Shown here: in pieces, positions 8,115 to 18,179 of the stretch
Position numbering within the stretch: position 1 is the stretch's first letter
How the letters are laid out: each line of letters begins with the position of its first letter
NCBI GenBank assembly: GCA_038061995.1
Contig: JBBTYA010000001.1
Location: forward strand, 10,441-74,440
Reading direction: 5' to 3'
Length of the DNA stretch: 64,000 bases
Source: Patescibacteria group bacterium
GTDB taxonomy: Bacteria; Patescibacteriota; Minisyncoccia; 2-02-FULL-40-12; GWA2-44-9
Notes under the pieces: generated by a model
Database searches by the model: none
The model's input: the letters and a program-made list of their open reading frames with translations, nothing else
What the model was told of the DNA's origin: nothing
Position numbers and translations under genes: made by a program

Positions 8115-11100
8115 TTAGAGACTTTGAATACCGTAGTCCGCGGAGTAGACGCCTCCTGCGGAGCCAGTCGGGATTTTAGCTTCCACGATAATGCGAATCT
8201 GGCGACCAGCAGTGTTTGCATCCAAGTCACCCGTCATGGTCATGGCGCCAGCGTAGGTGCCTGCCGCCGATACGGTGATAGCCGCACCGCTCGTTGCCGC
8301 ATTTGATGACTCGGCGCTGTAGTAGCGGATATTACTTGCCGCGACGATCGTGTTCGTGCCACTCACGAAATTACTGAATTGCATGGAGACACTCGCCTCA
8401 AGCGTTGGCACGGTTACATCGAAGAACCATTTCCAACCACTCGCATAGGTATCGTTCGCAATAGCGAAGGCACGAGAAGGGTCAGAGCTAATATTCGTCA
8501 CCTCAAGCGCCGCTGCACCTTCTGCTTCAGTGATAATACGAGAGTTGCTGGTTCCGCTCACATTACCCGCCGCATCTGTGGCGGTGACGGTAAATGTATT
8601 CGCTACGTTCTGCGTCAGTGGGGCGATGAACGACCAACTAGTAACACCTGTGGGCAGCGTGAGCGAACCAACCACTACACCGCCACGATAGATCGTGATG
8701 ATGCGTGCGCCATCAGTTGGAAGATCTGCGCCTGCAGTGCCACTCAACGTGTACGATGTCGCGTCTACTGAAGTATCGGCGCCACTAATCATTGGCGTTG
8801 CCGGAGCTGTTGTATCTCCAACAGTTGCTGCTTCGGTGATAGTGACTGTACTCGACGCTGTGCTGGTGTTGCCGACAACGTCCGAAGCCGTGGCAGAGAA
8901 GACGTTTGTCGTCCCCTGCGTCAGCGCAGTAAGGAATGACCACGTAGTCTGTCCTGCTGGTACTACCGTGGAACCAACGAGTGTTGCTCCATTAAGAATG
9001 CGGATCGTGCGAGCACCCCCGTCATCAGTCACCGTTCCCGCAAGGGTGTAGGTGTCTGCATCTACCGTTGCGGCGCCCGTGGTAAACACCGGAACTGCTG
9101 GTGCCGTGGTGTCGGGAGCTGTCGCCGATTCAGTGATCGTGACGGAGCTTGATGCTGCGCTTTCATTGCCGCTTACATCTGTCGACGTTGCAGAGAATGC
9201 ATTCGTCGTACTCTGGAGTAATGGCGATACGAATGACCAGGCAGTCTCACCTGCAGAGAGTGATAAAGATCCTACAACCGTTCCATTGCGACGGATAGTG
9301 ATCACGCGCACGCCGTCACTTGGGAGATCAGCGCCCGATGTACCCGTAATGGTATAGGAATCCGCATCAACGGTAATCGCGCCCGTAGTAATGACCGGAG
9401 TTGCTGGATCTGTCACGTCACCAATAGTAGCTGCTTCAGTAATGGTGATTGTGCTCGATGCACCACTCGTGTTGCCAGCGACATCTGATGCGGTTGCGGA
9501 AAATACATTAGCCGTATTCTGCGTCAACGCTGTGATGAGAGACCAGCTTGTCTGTCCGGCAGGTACAACCGTAGAACCAACGAGAGTCGCTCCGTTGTAG
9601 AGCTGGACAGTTCGTGCACCGCCATCGTTAGTCACTGTGCCCGCAAGGGTGTAGGTGTCTGCGTCAGTTGTTGCTACGCCTGTAGTGAACACTGGGACTG
9701 CTGGAGCGGTAGTATCAGCAACCGCAACTGTCGTAAAGGTGTTGTCGGTTGAGGTTACAGAGTTGGTAAGCGCGTCTGCTGATGTCACGCGGAAGTGATA
9801 TTCCGTTCCTGATGCCAAGCCAGAGATGGCAACCGAGTGGCTCGTTGCATTTGCGGTTATATCTACCGCGCTGGAAGAACCATAACTAGATGTGGTGCCA
9901 TACTCCACGTTTGATGTAGCGTTTTCATCGGTCGTCCACGTAATCGTGACGCCCGTGGTTGTGATGCTCGTCGCCTGGACGTTACTAATCACTGGAGCAT
10001 CGACATCAGTGCTGGCATTGTTCGTAATAACCACCGCGGCACTTGCGGCACTTGAATTACCAGAGGCATCGGTCGATGTTGCTGTGATGCTGTTGCCCGT
10101 ATCAAGCGAGAGGCCAACTACTACTGACCAACTTGTTTGACCAATAGGAAGCGTTACCTGGCCTGCGAGCGTTGCACCGTTGTAGACGCGAATCACGCGT
10201 TCAGAATCAGAAGGTGTATCCGCTGCCGCTGTTCCTAAAATCGTATATGTGCTTGCGGTTGTTGTCGCCACACCAGTGGTAATCGCTGGCACTGGAGGAG
10301 CAACGATATCGCTGGAATCAGCAACCGTAGTGAACTCGTACGAAGCCTTCGTAGTTGCGTCGAGCGCCGTTGCAAGCGCATTGCCAACGATGTCTTGCAC
10401 TCCCGTAGAAACTGCGACGTAGTACTGTGTTGCAAAACTCAAGTTGCTCGTTGGCATAATGTGAGCAACCTTATTGCCTTCAATCAGGGAGATAGAAGCT
10501 GGGATCACAGAGTCGTCGCTGTATTTGCGAAGCTCAATGGTTGTTGAGCTAATGGTTGATTCCATCATCTCTTCGTTGAACGTTACGGCGATGGAAGTGC
10601 TAATACCAACATTGGTTGCATTATCGGCAGGAGAGATGCTCACCACTGTTGGAGCAGTAACATCTGCTGAAGATGCTTCGGTGGTGAATTCCTGACTTAC
10701 TGCGGTGGTATATGCGGTGACATCATTTCCTGCCGCATCTTTGGCACCAGAGACCCAGATATAGTAGTTCGTGCTGTAATCCAATGCGGAGCTTGGGTTC
10801 AAGGTTGCAACAAGGCGGCTATCGCTCAACGTTACCACTACACCGGTCACATCAACATCACCCGCAACCAGCTTCAACTTCACAGTGTTGGAGTTTACCG
10901 TTGATGGATCCATGACTTCCGAAAATGTCACCGTTGGAGAGACTGCTACCGAAACGCCTGTTGCGTTATCTGCTGGTGTCTGCCCTGTTACTGTCGGCAC
11001 CGTGGTGTCTGGCTGAAGCGTGGTGAAGACAATTGCTTCCCATTGGCCAGTATTTCCACCTGCGTCCTGACAGCGCACATAGTAGGTATGCTGTGCCCCC

Positions 11101-14100
11101 GCGAGAAGACCCGAAAGTGCGTGCGAGTGACTTGTACCGCCCGTTGTGCCCATAGCAAGCATGGCACTATATACCGTGTTCACATTTGAATAACGGCACG
11201 TTGCAGTCTCATCCGTCGTTGCGGTGAGTGTTGCCGCTGTCGTGGTCACACCCGTTGCGCTTGCCGCGGTAATCACTGGGCCGGCGTTATCGATAGAACG
11301 CGTGTTGTTCGTTGCAGTTGCGTTCGCGTTACCCGCGAGGTCGGTCGCGGTAATCGTAACAGTTGCTGTGCCTTCCTCATCTTGTGCACCAGGAGTCTGC
11401 CAGTTGTAGGTCCACACCGTGTTTGAGGTCTTCGTCATGTTTACGGTTGCCGTGTCACCATCACCAGCAGTCGTAATTGTAATAGTTGGCTTACCAACCA
11501 AAGGTTCGTGGATTGCTTCGCTGAAGGTTGCAGTAATCACCACACCCTCAAACCAGCCGTAGGCTGCTTTATTTGGTGAATAGGTCAGAGCAACAGTTGG
11601 AGCAACAACATCGCCCGTGTTTGCTGTAGTACCCACTACTTCAGCACTTGAAAGGTAGTTGAGCGCGGCGTCGCGGATTTTACTTGCCGCTGGCGTTACG
11701 GCGATCACGTCTCCATTGCGAAGGTAGGTTGCAGTATCAGTGGCGCTTTCAGCAAGCGTAATAGTGAGCGCGCTTCCCGAATACGAGAAGTTCGCACCCG
11801 TAAGGTTAAGTGCTGTGCCATCTGGGCTTTCGATTGCCGAAAATTCATTTGTAGACCACGTACCGTCATGTGCAATCACCGGTTCGCTAAAGGTGATCAC
11901 AATAGTATCGTTCGCGCCCTGAATAGTTGCACCGACGATATTCCCAGCTGGGAGTGTTGGGATCACCGTATCCTTCAAGGCCGTGTCCGTACCTGCGGCG
12001 CTCGTGTTGCCAGCCGCATCTGTTTGCGTGATGCTCAAGGTGAGATCGAGATCATCATCAAGCGAAGAAACGTTAATGCCAGAGATAGAGATAGCACCAA
12101 GTCCATCAACAGTTCCTACGCCCGTTACTGCCGGCGTCAACGCGTTATCGTCATTAATAGACCATGCGAGTGAGGCATTCGCTTCGCCAGTGCCCGTGAT
12201 AGTCACCGCCGTTACGTTGCCAGCATTGATTGGGTCGAGGAGTGTTGGGATTGGAGCCGCTGGCGTGTTCGCGTCCACTGCAACCGTGTTTGCGGTCACG
12301 GTGGTATACGCCACATTCACGTTCCCTGCCGCATCCACGAGCGCAACGCTCGCGGGCACCGTTCCTGAAGCGCGGTCAGTGTTGCCCTCTACAATTGTGT
12401 AGGTTGCTGTGTACGTACCAGCGCCTGCATCGTTATACGCAGTCACCGCAACACCGTTCACCGTTACTGCGCTTGCCGTATATCCCGCCGCATCTGCGGT
12501 GATTGTGATGGTAACAGCATCGCCAACGCCATGGAGGCCGTTTGGAGACAGTACAATCGCACTCACCACTGGCTCTGTGGTATCCACTATAATTGCTGCG
12601 TTTGCCGCAAGGTTGGAACCGGGCACAAAGCTTGCCATCGCATTACTGGCAAGATCTGCTGCGGTGCCCGTGATGCCGGTGGTCGTAAGGTCTGCACTGT
12701 TCTCGCCATCAGCGATCGTGTAGTTGCATGAGCCACTCGTTGCGCTCGTGACTGCAAAAGAACACGAGCCGGTCGTGTCGAGGGTCACAATGAAGTTTAC
12801 TGAAGACGTGATCGCCTCTGAGAAGTTAACCGTGATGTTAATGACATCTGGGTTGTTATATGAGCCATTCGACGTTGTTGACGTCACCGATGTGATAACA
12901 GGATCGACATTATCTGTCGGCGTTATTGTCTGCCCGAGAGGCGAAATATTCCCCACCGAATCCTGCACACCATTCCCAAGGGCACTCATCGTAATCAACA
13001 GTGTATCACCAGTGCCAAATGCAGAGGTCGTGAGCGTAATCACCCCAGCAAGTTCTGAAGTTCCAGAAACGGTTACGCCAGCAACGGTAAAGTCAGAAGC
13101 GGCATCCGTTGTTCCGTTGAGATCCTCGCTGAACGTGACGTTGACAGTTGTCGTTGACGTGGTTTCCGCAGAGATCATCACCGGGCTAGCGCCATCAGTC
13201 TCCGCTTCATCGCCATTAGCAACCGATGCGAGAAGGTTGCCTGCAAGGTCAGCACCGCTTCCTGCCGTATACGTCACCTGCTTTACGTCCGTACCTACAA
13301 TTTCCGGAGCAATCGTAACGTCAAATGTGTTGTCATCTGCCGTTCCTGTGGTAATCCCCGTTGCCGCCGAGCCGCCGATCGTGAAATTGCCAGCAGAGAA
13401 CGTTGAGCCATCAACGGCCGCATCAAATACGATCGTTGCTGTGTCTACCGAACCATTTCCGTTTGCATCTTTTGTAGTAATGCTGGAAATCGTCGGGATC
13501 GTTTCGTCATAAGTAACTGAAGAGCTGTTCGTTGTTGCAGTAACAGCTGCTGCAGCCGCATTTCCGTTCACGTCAGAGAATGTAACCGAGAAAGGCACTA
13601 CGCCTTCCGCTTCTGTGCCAGCAAACGTGTAGGTAGCTGTCCAGTTCGTTGGGCCACCGGCTACAAGCGCGGGATTGCCAGCGATGGTGACCGTCGGCGC
13701 ACCAATACTCTCACTAGAGGTAAATGTAAGCGTGGCTACCGAACCAGTCTGCGCAAACGCCGTATTTACATGGTTTGAGGCGATAGAAACGCTGGTAAGC
13801 GTTGGACGGGTTCCGTCAATCGTAACCGTAACATCGGAACCACTCTGTGCGGCACTTACATTACGCGCATCCGCATGATCCCCCATAGTCACACCAGAAA
13901 TTTGAAGTGCGGAACTTTGGTCAGCACTTCCCGAAGCGACGGTATATGTTGCCGTATATGTAACACCGGAATCTAGCGTAACCCACGGTGTAAGAGCTGT
14001 TCCGTTGTATGAACCAGTAACAAGAGCGGCAGGTTCCGTCGTCGTTGCCGAAGCAGTAAAGGTAATCGAATCGCCAATCTGTAAAACGCCAGCCGGTGCT

Positions 14101-14576
14101 CCATCCGTTACAGATGAGGTGATGGTGTTCAATACTGGAGCTGTGTTGTCGATCTCAAAAGCTCCAGAGAAGCCGATAGGAGCTGCCTGCCCTGCGCGCC
14201 GCATAATGATTGAATACCCCGTATCATCCGTTGTCGGCCCCGCAAGTGTAGTTGCGGTGTTCCAACTATACACACCATCATTTGTCTCACTAAGAGCGAT
14301 AGTGGTCTCATTGTTTAAAGAGTCTCGCAGAAAAATATCAACGGTTTCCGGATCTGCCAAGGGGAGTGTCGTCCACGTGATATTGTGTGTACCACTCCAA
14401 ATTTCACCACCAGCTGGCGAGCCAACCGTAATGCCAGCAATCACCGCTTGCGCTGGAGCCAAAGGTACAAAAAAGCCGCCAAGGAGCATGAGGGCGGCGA
14501 GAACAGCAGCGCTGCGCGATCGCAACGTGCGAGGGGTAGTGACATTCGTGCGTGACAACATAAGTTCCGAATACAA
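8115..14576 (-). CDS. Giant (2153 aa) secreted cell-surface protein made of tandem Ig-like (Big-like) and fibronectin type III-like domains
   Basis: N-terminal signal peptide (AVLAALMLLGGFFVPLAPAQA). At least six ~100-aa repeats of the type TTAPAVPVFTTG...YTLAGT...NGATLVGS...SATASDVAGN, plus Fn3-like units (TITWTTDENATSNVEYG...YHFRVTS). Rich in Thr, Ser, Ala and Val. The start codon is ambiguous. Confidence 0.7.
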   Translation of the reverse strand: MYSELMLSRTNVTTPRTLRSRSAAVLAALMLLGGFFVPLAPAQAVIAGITVGSPAGGEIWSGTHNITWTTLPLADPETVDIFLRDSLNNETTIALSETNDGVYSWNTATTLAGPTTDDTGYSIIMRRAGQAAPIGFSGAFEIDNTAPVLNTITSSVTDGAPAGVLQIGDSITFTASATTTEPAALVTGSYNGTALTPWVTLDSGVTYTATYTVASGSADQSSALQISGVTMGDHADARNVSAAQSGSDVTVTIDGTRPTLTSVSIASNHVNTAFAQTGSVATLTFTSSESIGAPTVTIAGNPALVAGGPTNWTATYTFAGTEAEGVVPFSVTFSDVNGNAAAAAVTATTNSSSVTYDETIPTISSITTKDANGNGSVDTATIVFDAAVDGSTFSAGNFTIGGSAATGITTGTADDNTFDVTIAPEIVGTDVKQVTYTAGSGADLAGNLLASVANGDEAETDGASPVMISAETTSTTTVNVTFSEDLNGTTDAASDFTVAGVTVSGTSELAGVITLTTSAFGTGDTLLITMSALGNGVQDSVGNISPLGQTITPTDNVDPVITSVTSTTSNGSYNNPDVINITVNFSEAITSSVNFIVTLDTTGSCSFAVTSATSGSCNYTIADGENSADLTTTGITGTAADLASNAMASFVPGSNLAANAAIIVDTTEPVVSAIVLSPNGLHGVGDAVTITITADAAGYTASAVTVNGVAVTAYNDAGAGTYTATYTIVEGNTDRASGTVPASVALVDAAGNVNVAYTTVTANTVAVDANTPAAPIPTLLDPINAGNVTAVTITGTGEANASLAWSINDDNALTPAVTGVGTVDGLGAISISGINVSSLDDDLDLTLSITQTDAAGNTSAAGTDTALKDTVIPTLPAGNIVGATIQGANDTIVITFSEPVIAHDGTWSTNEFSAIESPDGTALNLTGANFSYSGSALTITLAESATDTATYLRNGDVIAVTPAASKIRDAALNYLSSAEVVGTTANTGDVVAPTVALTYSPNKAAYGWFEGVVITATFSEAIHEPLVGKPTITITTAGDGDTATVNMTKTSNTVWTYNWQTPGAQDEEGTATVTITATDLAGNANATATNNTRSIDNAGPVITAASATGVTTTAATLTATTDETATCRYSNVNTVYSAMLAMGTTGGTSHSHALSGLLAGAQHTYYVRCQDAGGNTGQWEAIVFTTLQPDTTVPTVTGQTPADNATGVSVAVSPTVTFSEVMDPSTVNSNTVKLKLVAGDVDVTGVVVTLSDSRLVATLNPSSALDYSTNYYIWVSGAKDAAGNDVTAYTTAVSQEFTTEASSADVTAPTVVSISPADNATNVGISTSIAVTFNEEMMESTISSTTIELRKYSDDSVIPASISLIEGNKVAHIMPTSNLSFATQYYVAVSTGVQDIVGNALATALDATTKASYEFTTVADSSDIVAPPVPAITTGVATTTASTYTILGTAAADTPSDSERVIRVYNGATLAGQVTLPIGQTSWSVVVGLSLDTGNSITATSTDASGNSSAASAAVVITNNASTDVDAPVISNVQATSITTTGVTITWTTDENATSNVEYGTTSSYGSSSAVDITANATSHSVAISGLASGTEYHFRVTSADALTNSVTSTDNTFTTVAVADTTAPAVPVFTTGVATTDADTYTLAGTVTNDGGARTVQLYNGATLVGSTVVPAGQTSWSLITALTQNTANVFSATASDVAGNTSGASSTITITEAATIGDVTDPATPVITTGAITVDADSYTITGTSGADLPSDGVRVITIRRNGTVVGSLSLSAGETAWSFVSPLLQSTTNAFSATSTDVSGNESAASSSVTITESATAPDTTAPAVPVFTTGAATVDADTYTLAGTVTDDGGARTIRILNGATLVGSTVVPAGQTTWSFLTALTQGTTNVFSATASDVVGNTSTASSTVTITEAATVGDTTAPATPMISGADTSVDATSYTLSGTAGADLPTDGARIITIYRGGVVVGSLTLPTGVTSWSFIAPLTQNVANTFTVTATDAAGNVSGTSNSRIITEAEGAAALEVTNISSDPSRAFAIANDTYASGWKWFFDVTVPTLEASVSMQFSNFVSGTNTIVAASNIRYYSAESSNAATSGAAITVSAAGTYAGAMTMTGDLDANTAGRQIRIIVEAKIPTGSAGGVYSADYGIQSL
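8700..10000. repeat. Intragenic tandem DNA repeats with a ~300-bp unit and a ~600-bp super-unit, encoding the repeated Ig-like domains near the C-terminus of the giant protein
   Basis: Repeat pairs b/d and c/e of the protein are ~85% identical. The + strand shadow ORFs in the track repeat near-identical peptides (e.g. ...VLPTTSEAVAEKTFVVPCVSAVRNDHVVCPAGTTVEPTSVAPL versus ...VLPATSDAVAENTLAVFCVNAVMRDQLVCPAGTTVEPTRVAPL). Confidence 0.6.
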
Positions 14577-14704
14577 ACCCGTGCGATAAACGATGCGTGC
14601 AACGGAATAGCATGCACCGCCACCTCAAAGGCGTTCATTAGTATTCCATCCTGTCTACTCTTTTATGTTTTCACTGTCAATGAATAGCGCGAAAGCCCAG
14701 CAAA

Positions 14705-14738
14705 AAAGGAAAACCGGGCCTCTCTGGACCCGGTTGTC
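14705..14738 (-). terminator. Rho-independent terminator downstream of the zinc-ribbon gene, which separates it from the giant gene
   Basis: Minus-strand stem ccgggtccagagaggcccgg followed by ttttcctttttt. Confidence 0.45.
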
Positions 14739-14745
14739 AGCCTCA

Positions 14746-14949
14746 CTATGAGGCAGGTTGCGCCGCCGCGAATTCGGCGGCATGCGCCCACAGCACTCCG
14801 CAGAAGGGGCACGCGCGAGCGTCGCCCTGCAGGCAATTCTCGCACTTGCTCCCGCTACACCGCGAACAGGAATACAGAAGGACTCCATCTTCCCCGCAGT
14901 GTGTACAGTTGCCCGCGTGCGTATGGGCGACTACCTTCTCGCTGGCCAT
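14746..14949 (-). CDS. Small Cys-rich protein with four CxxC motifs (double zinc ribbon)
   Basis: The translation MASEKVVAHTHAGNCTHCGEDGVLLYSCSRCSGSKCENCLQGDARACPFCGVLWAHAAEFAAAQPAS carries CTHC, CSRC, CENC and CPFC. It has its own terminator. Confidence 0.4.
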   Translation of the reverse strand: MASEKVVAHTHAGNCTHCGEDGVLLYSCSRCSGSKCENCLQGDARACPFCGVLWAHAAEFAAAQPAS

Positions 14950-15002
14950 CAGATCACCTCCTCTTCATGTATCTCGATTGGCCCTATCACTATACCACAA
15001 AA

Positions 15003-15857
15003 CTAAGAATTCGTGAAGATTCTCGTTTTGCGCTCTACGATCTCCTCTACCGCCGCGGCGGCATCAGCAAGATATTTATACGGCGTTGTTTCGTCTGGGT
15101 TCTCCGCGAGTTCTTCTTTCAGTTCTTTCTGATATGCAACCCGCAGTTCAGTATTAAAATGTACGTTCGAAACGCCCGCCGCTATCGCCGCTTTTATCTG
15201 CTCGTCAGGCAGTCCAGAAGCTCCATGGAGCACGTAAAACGGTTGTGGTGCAGCGGCAATAATGCGGGAAAAATGCTCAATATCAAGTTTTTCTTCTTGT
15301 TTGGTTACAATCCCGTGGATATTCCCAAACACTACAGCTAGGCGATCTACACCCGTTTTCGCTATAAAATCGGCCGCTTGCGCAGGTTGTGTATAGTCTT
15401 CTGCGCTAATAGAAATCTCCTCCTGTACCTGTGAAGCACCCTTAAGATAGCCGAGTTCCCCTTCTACGGTCACGGGACGCCCACACGCACGCGCATGCGC
15501 CACGACTGCCTGCACCGCCGCAACGTTCTCTTCATAGGAAAGGCGCGAGGTATCAATGATCACTGAATCATAGCCTGCATCAATAGCCATAGTGCACCGC
15601 TCTACGCTCTTGAAGTGATCGGCGTTTAAAAAGATGGGGAATGAAAGCTCTTTCTCCAGTGCGCGCACCAGCGCAACTGCTTCGGTAATGCCAATAAAAT
15701 CAGCTTCCTTTTCTGATGTTCCTACCATCACGCACGAAGCGCCCGCTCTGCGCGCACCCACAACAATAGCGCGCAACACATCTGCGGTCGCAAAGTTAAA
15801 ATGGCCGATGGCCTGCTGGCGCCCTCGCGCCTCGCGCATGTAGTCGTTGAGATGCAT
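15003..15857 (-). CDS. fba: Class II fructose-bisphosphate aldolase family protein
   Basis: FLNADH, HGASG and AAGVSNVHFNTE motifs of class II (zinc-dependent) FBA/tagatose-bisphosphate aldolase. Confidence 0.8.
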   Translation of the reverse strand: MHLNDYMREARGRQQAIGHFNFATADVLRAIVVGARRAGASCVMVGTSEKEADFIGITEAVALVRALEKELSFPIFLNADHFKSVERCTMAIDAGYDSVIIDTSRLSYEENVAAVQAVVAHARACGRPVTVEGELGYLKGASQVQEEISISAEDYTQPAQAADFIAKTGVDRLAVVFGNIHGIVTKQEEKLDIEHFSRIIAAAPQPFYVLHGASGLPDEQIKAAIAAGVSNVHFNTELRVAYQKELKEELAENPDETTPYKYLADAAAAVEEIVERKTRIFTNS

Positions 15858-15859
15858 GC

Positions 15860-17122
15860 CTATACTTCTACAGAACCTTTAATAATATTCTCCGTAAAGA
15901 GCTCATTCATTTTCTCGCGGCCGATATATTCACTAAAGAAACGGTTCCACAACGCCTCCTGATGATGATACGAATAGCGCATCATGCCTTTCACCACCGA
16001 AGACATCACTAAATCGATGAGGTTAAAACTTACAAACTTTTCATTCCCCGCAGAATCTTTAAAGAAATCCCCCACGGCATCGAGACCAGTCCAGTATCCG
16101 AGATCAAACGCTTCCTTTCCAAGCGCTCGCCCAACCTGGCCCAAGTCCTCACCTACTTTATACCAATGCTCTGCTTCTGGGTTAATGTGTGGTTCGCCCA
16201 AGCGCGGATCTGCTTCGGAATCTTTCGCGAGATACCGCTGGATGACACGCCACACCGCCTTTTTACCTTCGCTCGGCGCTGGGAGCGGCCCTTCAGACAC
16301 ATCACCGCGGAGCAGTGACTGTAGTTTTGTAACGAAATCAGCGTCTTTCATGTAGGTACGAAAACGCTCGGTGTAAAACGGCACTTCGTGCAGATAGTGC
16401 ATGAGAAGCGTAAACAAACGCAGTGTTTCACCCTGCGTATCAATCTTGAGCGGGATCACGAAAATCACGCCATACTCCTTTAAGTGGCTTACGTTGTGGT
16501 ACTTCTTCTCTAAAAATTTATCTGCGACGCCAAGCCATTTCGGGTCTAAGATTTTTACTTCAACTTCACGCTCTTCAAAATCTTCTGGTTTTAGCTCACT
16601 GTAGGCCAGGTCAAAAAACGCGTGCATCCAGCCGGTATCCTGCGTGAAGCGAAGTGCGCTCACCACAGACGCGAACCCCTCCTTTTCAACAAGAGTCGCA
16701 ATGTCACTATAGCCAAAGTGTTTGATAAGGTTCTCTGGCTTATATTTTTCCAACAGAGACACCACGCGCTCGCGCTTGATAAACATGCCGCGGGGCGGTG
16801 TGTACACCTTTAGTGCTACTTCACACAGCTTGCCACACACCAGAGACATCTCCGCAAGGTTTGGCTTGTCCAAAAGCTCGTAAAGCTGGGAATCAAGCTG
16901 AGCAAGACGCTTAATCAACGCTCCGTAGACCGTATCTGCCGCATCCGTGCGTGACAGGCCATGCTCTGCAAGAATGCGATCTACGAGTGTTTGGTTCTGT
17001 GAAAGGATCGCATCGATTGCGCCCGTCTTTCCTGTTGCCGCACTTAATTCCGCATCTGCTTTTTCGATAACCGCCGGTGTCGTGTGTAGCAAGCGTGCAA
17101 GTTGTGTGTGAGATTCTGCCAT
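15860..17122 (-). CDS. Hypothetical protein (~420 aa) with no recognised family
   Basis: Long ORF. The probable start is MAESHTQ at 17122, because the upstream 34 codons (MVSKSYVSGNSACG...) look non-coding. Confidence 0.45.
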   Translation of the reverse strand: MAESHTQLARLLHTTPAVIEKADAELSAATGKTGAIDAILSQNQTLVDRILAEHGLSRTDAADTVYGALIKRLAQLDSQLYELLDKPNLAEMSLVCGKLCEVALKVYTPPRGMFIKRERVVSLLEKYKPENLIKHFGYSDIATLVEKEGFASVVSALRFTQDTGWMHAFFDLAYSELKPEDFEEREVEVKILDPKWLGVADKFLEKKYHNVSHLKEYGVIFVIPLKIDTQGETLRLFTLLMHYLHEVPFYTERFRTYMKDADFVTKLQSLLRGDVSEGPLPAPSEGKKAVWRVIQRYLAKDSEADPRLGEPHINPEAEHWYKVGEDLGQVGRALGKEAFDLGYWTGLDAVGDFFKDSAGNEKFVSFNLIDLVMSSVVKGMMRYSYHHQEALWNRFFSEYIGREKMNELFTENIIKGSVEV

Positions 17123-17349
17123 ATGCCCATTCTCGCTGAAACAGCTTAAAGTACAAGGCCCGTGTGTGGGTATATCAAACAATCCACACGCACTATTGCC
17201 CGATACGTAAGACTTTGATACCACGCCTCCTTAAGTAGCGATGAAGCGCTCGGCACCGCTCGAATGCGTAGGCGGACCGAGTACGGCAGTCCCGCAGCAA
17301 AGGTCCTGCACGGTGAGAGATCACCTGTAGGGCACGGAGGAACACAGTT

Positions 17350-17433
17350 ATGTTCCGGCACGGCGAAGCGCGCGAGATGAAGTTCGAAGACGTGCGGCAC
17401 TTCGTGGACAAGGCGAAGGTCCAGAAGGGCTAG
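17350..17433 (+). CDS. Candidate small ORF of 27 aa with a strong Shine-Dalgarno sequence (GGAGGAA, 9 nt upstream), inside a GC-rich intergenic region
   Basis: Sequence cacGGAGGAAcacagttATG..., encoding MFRHGEAREMKFEDVRHFVDKAKVQKG. It is followed by a 10-bp perfect hairpin at 17452-17476 and a terminator at 17538-17566. Confidence 0.25.
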   Translation: MFRHGEAREMKFEDVRHFVDKAKVQKG

Positions 17434-17537
17434 CACCGCGGCTGAAGACGAAAAGATGTGGGGGCCACAAGCCCCCACATCCCCCTCCACTACCGTTCTT
17501 TACAGAATCACAGCGCGCCACACGGCGCACAACAAGG

Positions 17538-17566
17538 GGCCTCGCGGAAACGCTCGAGGCCTTTTT
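17538..17566 (+). terminator. Rho-independent terminator (+ strand)
   Basis: Stem ggcctcg cggaaacgct cgaggcc followed by ttttt. Confidence 0.4.
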
Positions 17567-17618
17567 CATACCTAAAACTGCCTATTTTCCTTGCTTTTTT
17601 CGGCTATATTCGTGGTTG

Positions 17619-17648
17619 TTGACATATATAGTGGAAATGTGATAGTAT
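17619..17648 (+). promoter_or_regulatory. Sigma70-like promoter (TTGACA, then 17-18 nt, then TAGTAT/ATAGTA)
   Basis: Sequence TTGACAtatatagtggaaatgtgaTAGTATatata. It lies upstream of a ~550-nt terminator-delimited unit. Confidence 0.4.
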
Positions 17649-17838
17649 ATATACAGTTCCGTAAAAACCAATAGCGCGGGCCGGGCCACATTGGCCGCCC
17701 GCACACAAGAAAAACCCGTTGCGCAAAATCGCCCCGCTCGGCCGACCCCCTCGATGGGCTCGCGCGCCGACAAGGCACACGCGCAGCATGTCCGCTTGTA
17801 AGAGCGCTGGAAACGCCTTACGAGCAAGGAGAAGCGCT

Positions 17839-17940
17839 ATGCACGCTCACTCCCCGCCCGTCGCGGGAACCCTGGAGAAGAAATTCAAGTTCGACTTCGA
17901 CAAGGGCCTGGCCGGCGACAACGGCACCCTCCTGAAGTAG
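17839..17940 (+). CDS. Candidate small ORF of 33 aa with a Shine-Dalgarno sequence (AGGAGA, 6 nt upstream), inside the promoter-to-terminator unit 17619-18212
   Basis: Sequence caAGGAGAagcgctATG..., encoding MHAHSPPVAGTLEKKFKFDFDKGLAGDNGTLLK. The track shows a longer 73-aa in-frame version starting at 17719. Confidence 0.3.
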   Translation: MHAHSPPVAGTLEKKFKFDFDKGLAGDNGTLLK

Positions 17941-18179
17941 GGCGTCGGCGCCTCCGCTCGTAACCCCCCACTCCGCCATCGTTCCACGACGGGACGAAAG
18001 AGAGATCGGGGGGAACCGGCAACCACAGTCGGCGTAGAGCGTTTCCGAAGGCATTTCTGAAGGTGCCCAAGGAGAAGCCTACGCAGAGAAAGGACTAAGA
18101 ACCGCCACCCACCGCAGCCCTGGCACGGCAGGCACCGCCCCCACACGGGGAGCGCGCCCAAGAGTGGGTTGACCAACAA

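Noticed and set aside
8124-14589. Numerous + strand ORFs in the track (e.g. 8379-8771, 8695-9051, 12724-13512, 14005-14589) lie inside the giant minus-strand gene
   Set aside because: They are antisense shadow ORFs. They are rich in Val, Ala and Thr purely as the complement of the repeats in the giant gene. Their repeated peptides only mirror the tandem DNA repeats.
17444-17500. GGGGGCCACAAGCCCCCACATCCCCCTCCACTA was considered as a tmRNA 3' tRNA-like end
   Set aside because: The loop CCACAAG is not a T-loop (TTCGANT). No complementary 5' acceptor strand or tag ORF was found upstream.
17719-17940. The 73-aa version of the 17839 micro-ORF
   Set aside because: The upstream 40 codons are Arg/Ala-rich with no SD. 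The internal ATG has a well-spaced AGGAGA. The short form is preferred, and even that remains tentative.
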